Source: Candidatus Bathyarchaeia archaeon (GTDB lineage Archaea > Thermoproteota > Bathyarchaeia > Bathyarchaeales > Bathycorpusculaceae). Taken from it: a DNA stretch of 64,000 bases. The DNA lies in assembly GCA_049512935.1 (NCBI GenBank), contig JBEKWR010000001.1:32001-96000 (forward strand), in the 5' to 3' direction. The stretch's first letter is position 1. Each line of letters starts with the position of its first letter. A model generated the notes under the pieces. The model did no database searches, had not been told where the DNA came from, and saw only the letters and a list, made by a program, of their open reading frames with translations. Position numbers and translations under genes: made by a program. Below, piece after piece: positions 9,779 to 19,727 of this stretch.

Positions 9779-10642
9779 ATGATCGAAAAGAAACTGATAC
9801 TTTGCGGAATTCTCGCCATAGCAATCGGGATAGCAACGATCGTACCGTTAGAATACATGATGGCTGCCGAAAACCAAGTAAACGCTCAAACGACCTTCAC
9901 GCCGTGGTTTAACGTCAGTGTCCCCTACGCCTACGTCAACCTTGACCAAAGCGGCGGAAACAGTACAATGACTTGGGATGCCGCTTCGATTGAAGCAATC
10001 GCAAACTTCTCTTTGACTCCTGACGCCATCGCCCTCAAGAATGCAGATGCCCGAATAGAGTTCTATCAGTTCCAAGTCTCTTCTGACCAAGGACCAATTG
10101 TTAACATAACCTACAGCGTCGCAGTATCTATAGAAAAACTAAACGTCACTGGAGTCCCAGGCGGTGTATACATGGCTATCACTGGGTCCGGAGGAAACTC
10201 ATTCACCTTCGCAGACGGAACCACTTACAAAGGTCCTAGCACAGGCAATTGCGGCGGCGACGTAGTCTTAGCAAACATACCTGGCGAACCCATGCAAAAC
10301 TTCACCAATGCAGTTGTAAGCACCTTTGTAGCTAGCTACAACGGAAATAGTGCGTCACAGTTGACTGAACTTAGAAACGCCAAAACATTGTACATCGATT
10401 TAAGCAGGATATGCTCGGTTTCATTTGAAGGCAACGCCATAACAGGTACTACCACAACTGTGTCAAGCGATAAAGTCCTACAGCATATAGTGCTAACAAA
10501 AGAAGGCAACGGATTCGTATATGGAACCTACACAGCGGGAACTGTACCGTTCCCAATAGAGACGCCGTCAAACCCCACAGGGAGTTCAAGTCTAAATCCA
10601 AACATACTCGAACCGTACAACTCTACTCTAGCAAATCCATAG
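9779..10642 (+). CDS. Membrane-anchored/secreted hypothetical protein
   Basis: N-terminal hydrophobic helix; beta-rich, N/S/T-rich body. Confidence 0.75.
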   Translation: MIEKKLILCGILAIAIGIATIVPLEYMMAAENQVNAQTTFTPWFNVSVPYAYVNLDQSGGNSTMTWDAASIEAIANFSLTPDAIALKNADARIEFYQFQVSSDQGPIVNITYSVAVSIEKLNVTGVPGGVYMAITGSGGNSFTFADGTTYKGPSTGNCGGDVVLANIPGEPMQNFTNAVVSTFVASYNGNSASQLTELRNAKTLYIDLSRICSVSFEGNAITGTTTTVSSDKVLQHIVLTKEGNGFVYGTYTAGTVPFPIETPSNPTGSSSLNPNILEPYNSTLANP

Positions 10643-10654
10643 GTTGCGACAAAC

Positions 10655-11098
10655 GTGGCTAACGACGAACTCGAAGGCAACACATTAACCGTCTACGCGT
10701 ACATAGTTCACAACGCAAAGCCAGTGGGAACAAGAGAGGTCACAAGAGGCGCAAACCTAAGCAGCACAAGCGTCGCGTTCAGGCACCTGCAGAAGCTTGA
10801 GGACATGGGTTTAATCGAGAAAAACAGTTATGGCGATTACGTCTTAAAGGAGAAGACAAACATCAAGGGGCACGTGTGGGTTGGCCGAAACCTCATACCG
10901 CGGTTGATGTTCTACTCCTTCTTTTTTCTCGGCGCTTTCGCAGCCGAGACAGCAATAATATTGCTGAGCGTCCTAATAAACGGCATAGCCGTTCAGGTGA
11001 GCTTCTACTTCTTGACGGGCATGACTGGAGTCGCGATGACTCTCTTCTTAATAGAAGGCGTCTTGCTGTACAGAAAATTGAACCCGAACCGCACGTGA
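10655..11098 (+). CDS. Winged-HTH protein with two C-terminal TM helices
   Basis: GTREVTRGANLSSTSVAFRHLQKLEDMGLI wHTH followed by two hydrophobic helices. Confidence 0.8.
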   Translation: MANDELEGNTLTVYAYIVHNAKPVGTREVTRGANLSSTSVAFRHLQKLEDMGLIEKNSYGDYVLKEKTNIKGHVWVGRNLIPRLMFYSFFFLGAFAAETAIILLSVLINGIAVQVSFYFLTGMTGVAMTLFLIEGVLLYRKLNPNRT

Positions 11099-11130
11099 CC
11101 TGGGCAACCCCGCGAACTGCTGCCAAGGCA

Positions 11131-11220
11131 GAGAGGAACGGAAAGGAACGGAAGCCAACGGGAAGCAACGGGAAAACACGGGAAACAACGCTAATCCACG
11201 GGATTCCACGGGAAAAAACG
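11131..11220. repeat. Degenerate 10-bp tandem repeat, 9 units (consensus about GGAAnnAACG)
   Basis: ACG ends at every tenth base from 11140 to 11220. Confidence 0.85.
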
Positions 11221-11306
11221 TGACCTGCAAAAGCCTCAAACCCCAAACCAAAAAAGCAACCCAAAACAAACCCAACAAAAAAGCCTGCAACCCACAAGAA
11301 GAGACG

Positions 11307-11834
11307 TCATTCAGGGTGTTCTTGATGATAAATTCTGCTGTGCAGGTACAGTGAAGCGGCTCCCGTGAATAGCGCCACGAGGCTAACTGCATAAAGCGGC
11401 AGGACAAGCTGGGCGCCGTAGCTTGCTATTTGCTGCTGCCAACTCCAAGGGTACGGCTGGTTCCACAGAGGCCAAGCCCCAATCACCACGAAGGTGAACC
11501 CAAGCGCAGTCACCAGCATCGCCGCGTGCTCCTTATCATCGACCCTTCCAGGCTGAACGCCTCTTATGCAGTAGTAGGTCAGCATCAACGTTCCAACCGC
11601 GCACATCACAAGAAGGATAGGAATCGTGTAGGTCCATTGAGCCACGATAAAGCTGAAGGCTTGCCAAGTCACGTAGTAGCCTGGGTAAGTGTCAGACAGG
11701 TTTGGCATGATGAACCATAAGTCGCTTACCCCGAAAAACACCAGCAACAAGCCAATTATCACTTGATGACTCCTCACAAACGACGCCACTTGGCTTGCCG
11801 AACTTGAATGATTCAGAGCACGCTTCACCCACAC
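11307..11834 (-). CDS. Hypothetical membrane protein (about 4 TM)
   Basis: Four hydrophobic segments. Confidence 0.65.
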   Translation of the reverse strand: MWVKRALNHSSSASQVASFVRSHQVIIGLLLVFFGVSDLWFIMPNLSDTYPGYYVTWQAFSFIVAQWTYTIPILLVMCAVGTLMLTYYCIRGVQPGRVDDKEHAAMLVTALGFTFVVIGAWPLWNQPYPWSWQQQIASYGAQLVLPLYAVSLVALFTGAASLYLHSRIYHQEHPE

Positions 11835-11856
11835 GCAGTAGCTACTTGAAGCTTAA

Positions 11857-11933
11857 TGGTGGGCCCGAGGTGATTTGAACACCTGACCAACAGATTATGA
11901 GTCTGGCGCTCTACCGAGCTGAGCTACGGGCCC
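11857..11933 (-). tRNA. tRNA with CAU anticodon, probably tRNA-Ile2
   Basis: GGGCCCG acceptor, CTCATAA loop, GTTCAAAT, CCA; lacks initiator features; the GGGCCC acceptor is typical of archaeal Ile tRNAs. Confidence 0.88.
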
Positions 11934-12022
11934 ACAGCGCTTTCTCTTAATATTGCTGTTTCATACTCCATTTAAACATTTTCCGTTTACAAAGCTCACG
12001 GGCATTCTACGCATCGGATTTG

Positions 12023-13189
12023 TCACGTGTTCCAGTAGTAGATTTTTGAGTATTTTTCTTGAAAGTTAAACGCGGTATCGTTGTAGATTATGTCCAGCCT
12101 CAGCCCGTAAACGCTTAGGAGTTGGTTTAGGTTCGACCAAATTGTCGGGGATAACGCATCCGAATTCCATATGCCCCAAATCTTGTCAGTCGGAGTTCTC
12201 ACGCCCCAACCGTAATCTTGTGGAAGAACAAAGGCTGCCTGCGCGTTTAACGTGCCAAACGTGCCGTTCAGGCTGGAATGCATTTGACTCCAGAAGTTTT
12301 CCATCGCGCTGAATTGATCTGAAGTCAAGATTCCGTAGGGGTTCGTTTCTGGATAGTCGAAGACAACTATGTACTTGGCTCCTGCGTGGTAAGCGGTCTG
12401 CATGTCTTGAAGCATCAGGGTTCCGTTCTCCAAGTAAGGAGGCGTGTTCTGGGACCAAGTTATTATTGCACCCCACTGCTTGCCCTGCGCGTCTGCCGCG
12501 CCTCTGCAAAGGTCTATTTGCTGAATCTTGCTTGTCTCATTGGTGCCTCCCGTGCTCCCTAACTCCGCAAACACGCAGTTGTACCCTGCCAGGTAATCGA
12601 ACCAGTAGAGCGCGTAATCCGAAGTGAAGGCAGGTATACCCAGCGTTTTCAAGTCCTGCATGCTTTGAACCGAACCGAGGCTGTTGACGTATGTGCTTGC
12701 GGCTTCAGCATAGTTTGTATCATTTGAGAAAAGCGCCGTTTCGTTGTTCCATGCGCCTAGATCGATTTGTTTTCCGCCAGGTTCATCGTAATAGTAGATG
12801 CCCAAGAGCTTGCTTCCGTACCTTGCCCTGGCATCGGTGACCCAAATGAATTGCCACGGATAAATTATGTGCGAAATATACTCAAAATACACTATGATGC
12901 TCAAGCCTTGGCTTACGGCGTAGTCGCAGACCGCTGTGAGGGAGGTTCCGTTGACGGTTTCGTTGAGGGTGTCCAAGGTGAATGAAGCCACGATAAACAG
13001 GTTTGTGTACCCCTTCACCTTGTTTATCAACTGTTCTGCCTGGCTGACGGTGTTGCCTCCGAATGTGACTCCGAAGTAAACTGGGGTGTTTTGAACTGCG
13101 CTTTGGTTTCTGTAATGGAAATAAGCCGTTGGCGCAAGAATGGATACGATCAGAAGAGCACCTATAAGAACTATCCAAGCCTTCTTCAT
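12023..13189 (-). CDS. Secreted hypothetical protein, possibly glycoside-hydrolase-like TIM barrel
   Basis: Signal anchor; YYYDEPGGKQID, FTSDYALYWFDY, VFAE; aromatic-rich. Confidence 0.7.
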   Translation of the reverse strand: MKKAWIVLIGALLIVSILAPTAYFHYRNQSAVQNTPVYFGVTFGGNTVSQAEQLINKVKGYTNLFIVASFTLDTLNETVNGTSLTAVCDYAVSQGLSIIVYFEYISHIIYPWQFIWVTDARARYGSKLLGIYYYDEPGGKQIDLGAWNNETALFSNDTNYAEAASTYVNSLGSVQSMQDLKTLGIPAFTSDYALYWFDYLAGYNCVFAELGSTGGTNETSKIQQIDLCRGAADAQGKQWGAIITWSQNTPPYLENGTLMLQDMQTAYHAGAKYIVVFDYPETNPYGILTSDQFSAMENFWSQMHSSLNGTFGTLNAQAAFVLPQDYGWGVRTPTDKIWGIWNSDALSPTIWSNLNQLLSVYGLRLDIIYNDTAFNFQEKYSKIYYWNT

Positions 13190-13279
13190 TCTGTTTCATT
13201 CTTCATAGGCGACTTGGAAAATATTAGGCTTTTTGAAAAAACTAACTTGGCTATTGCCAGAGTCTTTTCATCTTTCTCT

Positions 13280-14221
13280 CTATTTTCGGTAGTATGGTCG
13301 TTTAATGTAGTTGTAGGCTTCCAACGCTGCGACGATGCCTTGACCGACCGCCGTGCCAACCTGCTTAATAGGGTGATCTGTAACGTCGCCTGCGGCAAAC
13401 ACGCCTGGCAGATTCGTTTTTTGCATCACGTCAACTTTGATGTATCCGTGCTCATCCGTCTCTACCCCGGCAGCTTTGGCGAGTTGACTGTTTGGCGCTT
13501 CACCGATTTGAACAAAAACCGCGTCCACCGCCAACTCACTTGTTTTTCCCGTAACATTGTCAACCAGACTTACAGCTTTCACTTGCCTGTCACCCATTAT
13601 TTCCTGAATTTCAGTGTTCCACATTACGCTCACGTTGCTCTTAGCTGAAATGTCTGAGACCAAGCTTTCTTCAGCCCTGAAAGCCTGCCGCCTGTGGACC
13701 ACGATAACTTGGGAAGCTAACCCTGAAAGGTAAAGGGTGGTGATGCAAGCGGTGTTTCCGCCGCCGACGACCAGAACCCGTTTGCCCTTGAAGAAGGGTC
13801 CGTCGCACACGCCGCAGTAGCTTACGCCTCTGCCTTTGAATTCCTTTTCGCCTTTGACGCCGATTTCCCTGTAATGCGAGCCAGTGGAGTATATCACTGC
13901 CTTAGCTTCATAGGACGCCCTTGAAGTCTTCACGGTTTTGTTTTCACCCGCCAGGTTCAATTCGATGACGGGTTCTAACTCGCGAATAGTGGCGCCGACC
14001 TTTCTGCAGTGCGAAGTCATTTTCTCCGCTAAGTCCCCGCCGCTAATCTCGGCAAAGCCGGGGTAATTCACCACGTTGGATGCGTCGGCGATTGTTCCGC
14101 CAGGCAGTTTCTCGTCTAAAACCAGCGTTTTTAATCCGCTTCTAACGGTGTAGACGCCGGCGGATAACCCTGCGGAGCCAGCGCCGATTACTATGACATC
14201 CCAGTTCTCCATAACGAGCAT
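13280..14221 (-). CDS. trxB: Thioredoxin-disulfide reductase
   Basis: GAGSAG, GVSYCGVCDG (CxxC), VGGGNTA, FAAGD. Confidence 0.93.
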   Translation of the reverse strand: MLVMENWDVIVIGAGSAGLSAGVYTVRSGLKTLVLDEKLPGGTIADASNVVNYPGFAEISGGDLAEKMTSHCRKVGATIRELEPVIELNLAGENKTVKTSRASYEAKAVIYSTGSHYREIGVKGEKEFKGRGVSYCGVCDGPFFKGKRVLVVGGGNTACITTLYLSGLASQVIVVHRRQAFRAEESLVSDISAKSNVSVMWNTEIQEIMGDRQVKAVSLVDNVTGKTSELAVDAVFVQIGEAPNSQLAKAAGVETDEHGYIKVDVMQKTNLPGVFAAGDVTDHPIKQVGTAVGQGIVAALEAYNYIKRPYYRK

Positions 14222-14344
14222 CTCTCAAGGAATATTAGATTGGGCGGTTTATTTATTGTTCGGATTGTTGGTTTGTCGTCGCCAATAAGCTGATAAGAGC
14301 GAGCGCTGTTTAGTTTTGATAGACATTTTGTGGAGGCACAGTTT

Positions 14345-16108
14345 TTGGCGAGATACAGGTGCGCGGTTTGCAATTACGTTTATGACGAAGCAAAAGAAGG
14401 AAGGAAATTCAGCGATTTGCCTAAAGAATGGGTCTGCCCGATCTGTGGCGCGCCTAAATCCGCTTTTGTCCTGCTTTCTGAGCAGGTTGTGGAAGAGAAA
14501 AAGGCTGAGCACACGGTTTCAGAGGTTCTGATAAACCAGATTGCTGAGTGGGGAGTTCAGTACGTCTTCGGCATCCCAGGCACTTCGACGCTAGGCATAG
14601 TGGATGCCATCCGCAAAAGCAACGGGAAAGTCAAGTACCTGCAGGTTCGGCATGAACAAACCGCCGCGTTTATGGCTTCCGCCTATGGGAAGTTGACGGG
14701 GCATGTTGCGGCTTGCCTTGGGATTTCAGGTCCAGGGGCGACGAATTTGGCTACGGGCTTGTACGATGCGAAGCTGGATCACTCGCCTGTTTTGGCGTTG
14801 ACTGGCATGGTTGCTAGGGCTAAGATTGGCGCTGGCTCCATTCAGGAGGTTGATCAGCACGCGTTTTTTGAGCCCATCTGCGTTTTTAACGAGGTTTTGA
14901 TGGCTGAGTCCCAGACGACTTCGCTTGCCACTTTAGCGATTAAGCATGCGCTTCTTGACCAGGGAGTTGCGCACATAGGGGTTCCTAACGACGTGCAGAA
15001 GTTGCGTTACGAAGCGGAGATTTTACCGTTCGAGGGCAGAATGCCTAACCTTGCCTACGGTCAGGAGGAATGGCTGATTGAGAAGGCGGCGAAACTTGTT
15101 GACCAAGCCGCGCGACCTGTGATTCTTGCGGGGTTCGGAACGAGGGGTCAAGGCGGCAAACTGTTGAGGTTGGCGCAGAAGATTTCGGCTCCCATCATGA
15201 CAACGTTTAGGGCCAAAGGCGTGATTGACGAGCGTGACCCGTTGCTTGTCGGCTGCCACGGCGACATCGGTTCAACCGCGTCGGCCGAGCTTATGGGCAA
15301 GGCTGATTTGCTTATTGCCGTCGGCTCATCGTTTAGCGATTTTACAAATGTTCCGAAGAAGAGGACGGTGCAGATCGAGATTAACCCGCTTATGATGGCG
15401 CGCAGGTACCCGGTCGAGGCGGGGTTGCTGGGTAACAGTGCCGTGTTGATTCCGAAGTTGACTGAGAAGGTGCAGGAGAAGAAGAACCCTGACTACTTAA
15501 GCGAGGTTGCCCGTTTGAAGCAGGAGTGGCAGAGTCACCTCGAAAAGGAAGTTGACCGCGCCTCGAAGCCGATTAGGCCTCCATTCATCATCAAGGTGTT
15601 GAACGATAAGCTCGCTGAGGACGCGGTGATTTCTCTGGATGTCGGTGAGAACTGCTGGTGGTTCGGCAGGAACTTTCTGATGCGCAGGACGCAGAAGCTG
15701 GTTATGACTGGGACGTTGGCGACGATGGGCTTCGGGTTGCCAGGCGCGTTGGCGGCGGCGTTGGCTTACCCGGGCAGGCAGGCGGTCTGTTTGACTGGCG
15801 ACGGCGGCTTAACGATGGTGCTGGGCGACTTTTTGACGGCGCTCAAGTACAAGCTGCCCATCAAAGTGTTCGTCATGAACAATCAGCGGTTAGGCATGAT
15901 CATGCAGGAGCAGAAGATCGAGGGCTACCCAAGCTGGCAAACTGAGCTGCTGGACTACAACTTCGCGGACTTCGCGGAGCACGCGGGCGGCTTAGGCGTC
16001 AGGGTTTCCGAGCCGGGCATGCTTGAAGCGGCGGTTGACAGGGCGCTCGCGTCTGATAAGCCAGCCATCGTGGACATAGAAACCGACCCGAGAAGATTCC
16101 TACCGTAA
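14345..16108 (+). CDS. ThDP-dependent pyruvate oxidase/dehydrogenase-like enzyme with N-terminal rubredoxin domain
   Basis: [11 protein letters not shown]...[10 protein letters not shown] rubredoxin; VRHEQ, SGPGATN, GDGG...NN ThDP motif; SD GGAGG before TTG at 14345. Confidence 0.9.
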   Translation: MARYRCAVCNYVYDEAKEGRKFSDLPKEWVCPICGAPKSAFVLLSEQVVEEKKAEHTVSEVLINQIAEWGVQYVFGIPGTSTLGIVDAIRKSNGKVKYLQVRHEQTAAFMASAYGKLTGHVAACLGISGPGATNLATGLYDAKLDHSPVLALTGMVARAKIGAGSIQEVDQHAFFEPICVFNEVLMAESQTTSLATLAIKHALLDQGVAHIGVPNDVQKLRYEAEILPFEGRMPNLAYGQEEWLIEKAAKLVDQAARPVILAGFGTRGQGGKLLRLAQKISAPIMTTFRAKGVIDERDPLLVGCHGDIGSTASAELMGKADLLIAVGSSFSDFTNVPKKRTVQIEINPLMMARRYPVEAGLLGNSAVLIPKLTEKVQEKKNPDYLSEVARLKQEWQSHLEKEVDRASKPIRPPFIIKVLNDKLAEDAVISLDVGENCWWFGRNFLMRRTQKLVMTGTLATMGFGLPGALAAALAYPGRQAVCLTGDGGLTMVLGDFLTALKYKLPIKVFVMNNQRLGMIMQEQKIEGYPSWQTELLDYNFADFAEHAGGLGVRVSEPGMLEAAVDRALASDKPAIVDIETDPRRFLP

Positions 16109-16127
16109 GCCGCTTGCTTGCAGACCC

Positions 16128-16522
16128 GCTTTTTGTGGTGGAATTTTGTTTCAAAAAGTAGGGTCCCCTGTAGGGTCGGGAATTGTTCAACATGCTTCAT
16201 TCTTATGATAAAATTTGACCACAAACACTAGACCCCCTCCCCCGTCTTCGTGAACCCATATTTACAATGGACTTTTGATGTAAATACTAGACCCTCTCCC
16301 ATCTCCCTATCGAATAGGTCAGGGCTTGTTTCATGTTTGCTTTTTGGCTTAGAGCCCAAATTAAGCTCTAAAGAATTCTTTTTCCTGTGCGGAAAACAGC
16401 GAACGGCGTGAAAAAGCAGGTATAAATCCATTGATACCTGTTTTCGGAAGCTCCGCCAAGCGGCAACTCGCTTCATGCAGAGCTTGTTTTGGGTTGATTT
16501 TTTGGTTTAAAGCTTGAATCAA
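16128..16522 (-). repeat. Cluster of dispersed-repeat modules (three palindromic B units, two A units)
   Basis: Reverse complements match 38796-38898 and 45934-46041; for example 16471-16522 matches 45934-45984 and 16128-16177 matches about 45992-46041. Confidence 0.85.
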
Positions 16523-16623
16523 GCCCAATCAAGGGTGAACCCGCAAAATACTCTAAACGAGTTTTAGTAAAGACCCGCTGTTTTAAGCGGCGGTTTTTGA
16601 TTCAAGTGAGATGGAGAAGCTGT

Positions 16624-16648
16624 TGGTAGTGGGGAGTAGATTTGAACT
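16624..16648 (-). repeat. Duplicated 3' end of tRNA-iMet (att-like)
   Basis: TGGTAGTGGGGAGTAGATTTGAACT is 23/25 identical to 17380-17404. Confidence 0.8.
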
Positions 16649-16669
16649 GCTAACTTGCGACTTTGGGCT

Positions 16670-17015
16670 TTAAAGGAAAATTATTTTGTTTCGAATTTCT
16701 TCTTGCTTAGTGGTTTCAGCTATTACTTTGAGTTTTTTGACGCATTCGCCCACCGAAAACTTGCGTTGATGAACGTAAATTATGCCTAAGTGCTCTTTTC
16801 GTGATGCCATTCGAAGGAAATCCGCATCGTGGGTGAAAATTGCGGCTTTGTTTAGAGTCGCTATTTCCAATTGCTGCTCATCGGTCAGCCCCAACTTGCC
16901 CAGATCTTTCACAGAGAAGGCGACTATTCCTCTTCTTTTGAGCCCTTCTGCAACCGCCACGTTGACACTTTCATCAACGTAAATTCTAAATGTTTTAGTG
17001 GGGATAGCTATTCAT
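16670..17015 (-). pseudogene. DUF5615 (VapC45-like) PIN toxin, apparently frameshifted at its 5' end
   Basis: RIYVDESV...LTDEQQL...FTHDADFL; the YVDE motif has no canonical in-frame start; the coupled ATG reads MNSYPH* unless one base of a C4 run is removed. Confidence 0.7.
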
Positions 17016-17295
17016 CTGCCTTCTGCGCCTTACGCAACTTCCGAATGAATTGTTCGTCTTCCTTTATTTTCTCGTCAAGTTCCTCTCGATGCTCGTAGTA
17101 ATACGATAATGCATCATGCACCTGTTCAAGCTTCAAGTGGGGATGCGCGTTGATTATGTCGTCTGGCGAACAATTCATGTACTCATATTCCATAGCGACG
17201 TCAACAACCCTAATTCTGGTTCCAGCTATCACAGGGGAGCCGCTGCAAATCTCAGAGTTTATTTGAATATGAGGATGCTCAGTCTTCGTCAACAA
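17008..17295 (-). CDS. DUF433 (VapB45-like) antitoxin
   Basis: ICSGSPVIAGTRIRV...HPHLKLEQVHDALSYY. Confidence 0.92.
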   Translation of the reverse strand: MLTKTEHPHIQINSEICSGSPVIAGTRIRVVDVAMEYEYMNCSPDDIINAHPHLKLEQVHDALSYYYEHREELDEKIKEDEQFIRKLRKAQKADE

Positions 17296-17379
17296 TTCTC
17301 GGCACCATCACAAGCTAAATCATACCCAAAGAATCTCTTAACTTTTGTCATAAGCCACACAAAGAATAGAAACAATGTT

Positions 17380-17458
17380 TGGTAGCGGGGACTAGATTTG
17401 AACTAGTGATCTCTGGGTTATGAGCCCAGCGGGTTAATCCTGGCTACCCCACCCCGCT
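17380..17458 (-). tRNA. Initiator tRNA-Met(CAU)
   Basis: A1-U72 AGCGGGG acceptor, three G-C pairs closing the CTCATAA loop, CCA. Confidence 0.95.
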
Positions 17459-17672
17459 ATTTTCGCCTAACAATTTTTTTAAGGTAACCTATAATTCATG
17501 TACGCCGAATATTAATAGTTTCTTTTCCCGATTCTGCATGCTTCCATGGAGCCTCAGGGCTGGATTTTAACCCGCGACCAATAGCTTGGTAAGATAAAAT
17601 TCAGTTTCTTTGCGTTGAATTGTTTTCAAGAAAGAACACTGTTTTTGCGTCAAAGCTTATATCATTTAGGTT

Positions 17673-17942
17673 GTGTCTTCTATGTTAAGAGGGAAATTCG
17701 TGGTGGAAATTAAGGGCAAAAAGTTCACGGTTATTCTCAGGGAAGAACCTGAAGGGGGATACTCTGCGCAGTGTGTGGAGCTTCCAGGAGCAATAAGTGA
17801 AGGAGAGAACCGTAAAGAAGAAGCCCTCGCCAACATAAAAGACGCCATCGAAGGCTATCTAGAAACGTTCCCCGAAGAACTTGACCGAATAGATCTTCGG
17901 CAGGATTGCACCCGCAACATTACCCCATCAAGAATAGCCTAA
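17673..17942 (+). CDS. HicB-family antitoxin (no hicA nearby)
   Basis: FTVILREEPEGGYSAQCVELPGAISEGE..EEALANIKDAI. Confidence 0.85.
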   Translation: MSSMLRGKFVVEIKGKKFTVILREEPEGGYSAQCVELPGAISEGENRKEEALANIKDAIEGYLETFPEELDRIDLRQDCTRNITPSRIA

Positions 17943-18039
17943 ACAGTTTATCGCCGTCAATTTCGCCTGCGATATTGATAGCAATTGGGAAAGCATTTTA
18001 GAGGCGACCATTACTGTATGGTTGCATTGGTGTTTGCTG

Positions 18040-18717
18040 ATGGATAAGCCGTACTTGCGAAAACTGTCTGAGCCCACGTTGGAGAATCCCGTTTTCGTTC
18101 AGGGGCTGCCTGGGTTCGGAAACGTCGGCAGGATTGCGGCTCATCTGCTCATAAAATTCTACAACGCTAAACCCTTCGCCGAGTTGCATTCGCCCAGCTT
18201 TCCAGACTACGTTTCTATAACGCCTAAGGGCATCGCTCACCTGCCCCGCTACGAGTTTTATTATGCTTCCACGGAGAAGGAGAAGAACAACTTGGTAATC
18301 ATGACAGGCGAGATTCAGCCTTCTTTTGATGATGTTGTTGCTCATTACGAGGTCTGCGAGGAAGTGGTTGATTTCGCGGCGTCTTTGGGCTGCCACTTCA
18401 TCGTGACTATGGGAGGCATACCGATAACCGAGGAGAAGGCGCAGGTCTACATCGCCGCCACCTCGCCAAGGCTGGCAAGGGAGTTCATGGAAAAAGGCGC
18501 AGTCATCTACAGCAAAGGAAGAATCGTCGGCGCCACTGGGCTGACGTTGGCGATGGCGAAGGAAAAAAAACTCGAAGGCGTCGCCCTGCTTGGAACAACG
18601 ACGGGGTTTAGGGCGGATCGTGAGGCTGGATTTCTCGTTTTCAAGTTTTTGATGAAGGCTTTAGGAAAAGAGATAAAAGAAGGTTTGGTAGAAAACAATG
18701 CACCAGAAGAACAATGA
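18040..18717 (+). CDS. PAC2 family proteasome assembly chaperone
   Basis: FVQGLPGFGNVGRIAA, SPSFPDYV, IVGATGL. Confidence 0.92.
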   Translation: MDKPYLRKLSEPTLENPVFVQGLPGFGNVGRIAAHLLIKFYNAKPFAELHSPSFPDYVSITPKGIAHLPRYEFYYASTEKEKNNLVIMTGEIQPSFDDVVAHYEVCEEVVDFAASLGCHFIVTMGGIPITEEKAQVYIAATSPRLAREFMEKGAVIYSKGRIVGATGLTLAMAKEKKLEGVALLGTTTGFRADREAGFLVFKFLMKALGKEIKEGLVENNAPEEQ

Positions 18718-18729
18718 GTTGGGTGTCGC

Positions 18730-18960
18730 ATGATGGAAAATGAAAACTTGAAAGTTACGGGTATTTACAGCAAGTTCTGGAGAATAACCTTAGTTGTCGT
18801 ATCGATGCTTCTGATCTTTGTCGGTCCAACTTACTTTCCATACGCCTTGACCAAGCTAAAGGTAGACTATTTCGCGTCCATAGGCATCGGCTTTGTCCTT
18901 TTCGTTATCGGCATGGGGTTCATGGCTTTCCTCATCAGAAAGAAAATCATTACCGTCTAG
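18730..18960 (+). CDS. Small two-TM membrane protein
   Basis: Two hydrophobic helices, FVGPTY, basic tail. Confidence 0.7.
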   Translation: MMENENLKVTGIYSKFWRITLVVVSMLLIFVGPTYFPYALTKLKVDYFASIGIGFVLFVIGMGFMAFLIRKKIITV

Positions 18961-19118
18961 GTTTGCCTCAGATACCCTAGGGTGCATCATCAATCAGCGT
19001 TTTGGATTCTTCATCGGCAAGTCTCTAGAGACCGCGACTGTTTTATTTAACTATTCATTGAGCCTATGGTGCAAACTGATTCTAAATATTCTTTCTCAAT
19101 ACATAAGACATATTACGT

Positions 19119-19727
19119 ATGCATAATGAAATAACGGGTATGCAGGAAAACAGCCGAGCCATCCCCTCTTTGCCCAAATTGAAAAGCGAAGAAGCAAAAC
19201 GAACAACGATCATTCTTGAGCGGAACGAGCGTGAATTCATCGAATCGTTGATTGCGGACGGAAAAGAGGCGGGAATTAAACCGCTCATCTCCAAAATGCT
19301 CGACATCTACAAGAGCATGATGATCTACGACTGGCGTTTCCCAGGCGAATACTATTGCGGAATAAGCCGCATGGCACTCGTAAACGTTGAATTGTTCAAC
19401 ATCCTGACTCAGCAGATTCCCAAGGAGCAATGGCGTGACATCGGCAAAAAGATGGGCGACGCCCTCAAAGTCTCCATCCAATCAACCCTGAACATTGAGG
19501 CAAATGACCAAGCAAACTGGGAAAAAATCTTTGAACGGCTCAAAGCCCAAGGCTTCGGAGACTTCTACTTGAAAGACAAGTTTCTGCTCCTCAAAACACC
19601 TTTCATCAACGAGTGCGAAATTTGGAAGGGCATCTTGGAAGGTTTGCTTTGCGTCGAGTTGGAAACCCGAAATTCGGTTCCGCCGCTGGTTTTTGAAATA
19701 AAAAAGCGTAAGCAGCCTTCAGTTTAG
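19119..19727 (+). CDS. Hypothetical protein; possible RHH DNA-binding N-terminus plus V4R-like ligand-binding domain
   Basis: KRTTIIL strand-helix-helix; IGKKMG, GFGDF, KGILEGLL pattern. Confidence 0.55.
   Translation: MHNEITGMQENSRAIPSLPKLKSEEAKRTTIILERNEREFIESLIADGKEAGIKPLISKMLDIYKSMMIYDWRFPGEYYCGISRMALVNVELFNILTQQIPKEQWRDIGKKMGDALKVSIQSTLNIEANDQANWEKIFERLKAQGFGDFYLKDKFLLLKTPFINECEIWKGILEGLLCVELETRNSVPPLVFEIKKRKQPSV

Noticed and set aside
11131-11220. Possible CRISPR array
   Set aside because: 10-bp period with no unique spacers and no cas genes in the window.
16128-16300. Three palindromic units as a mini-CRISPR
   Set aside because: The units are too divergent and unevenly spaced, and the same unit occurs singly at 38.85 kb and 46.0 kb.
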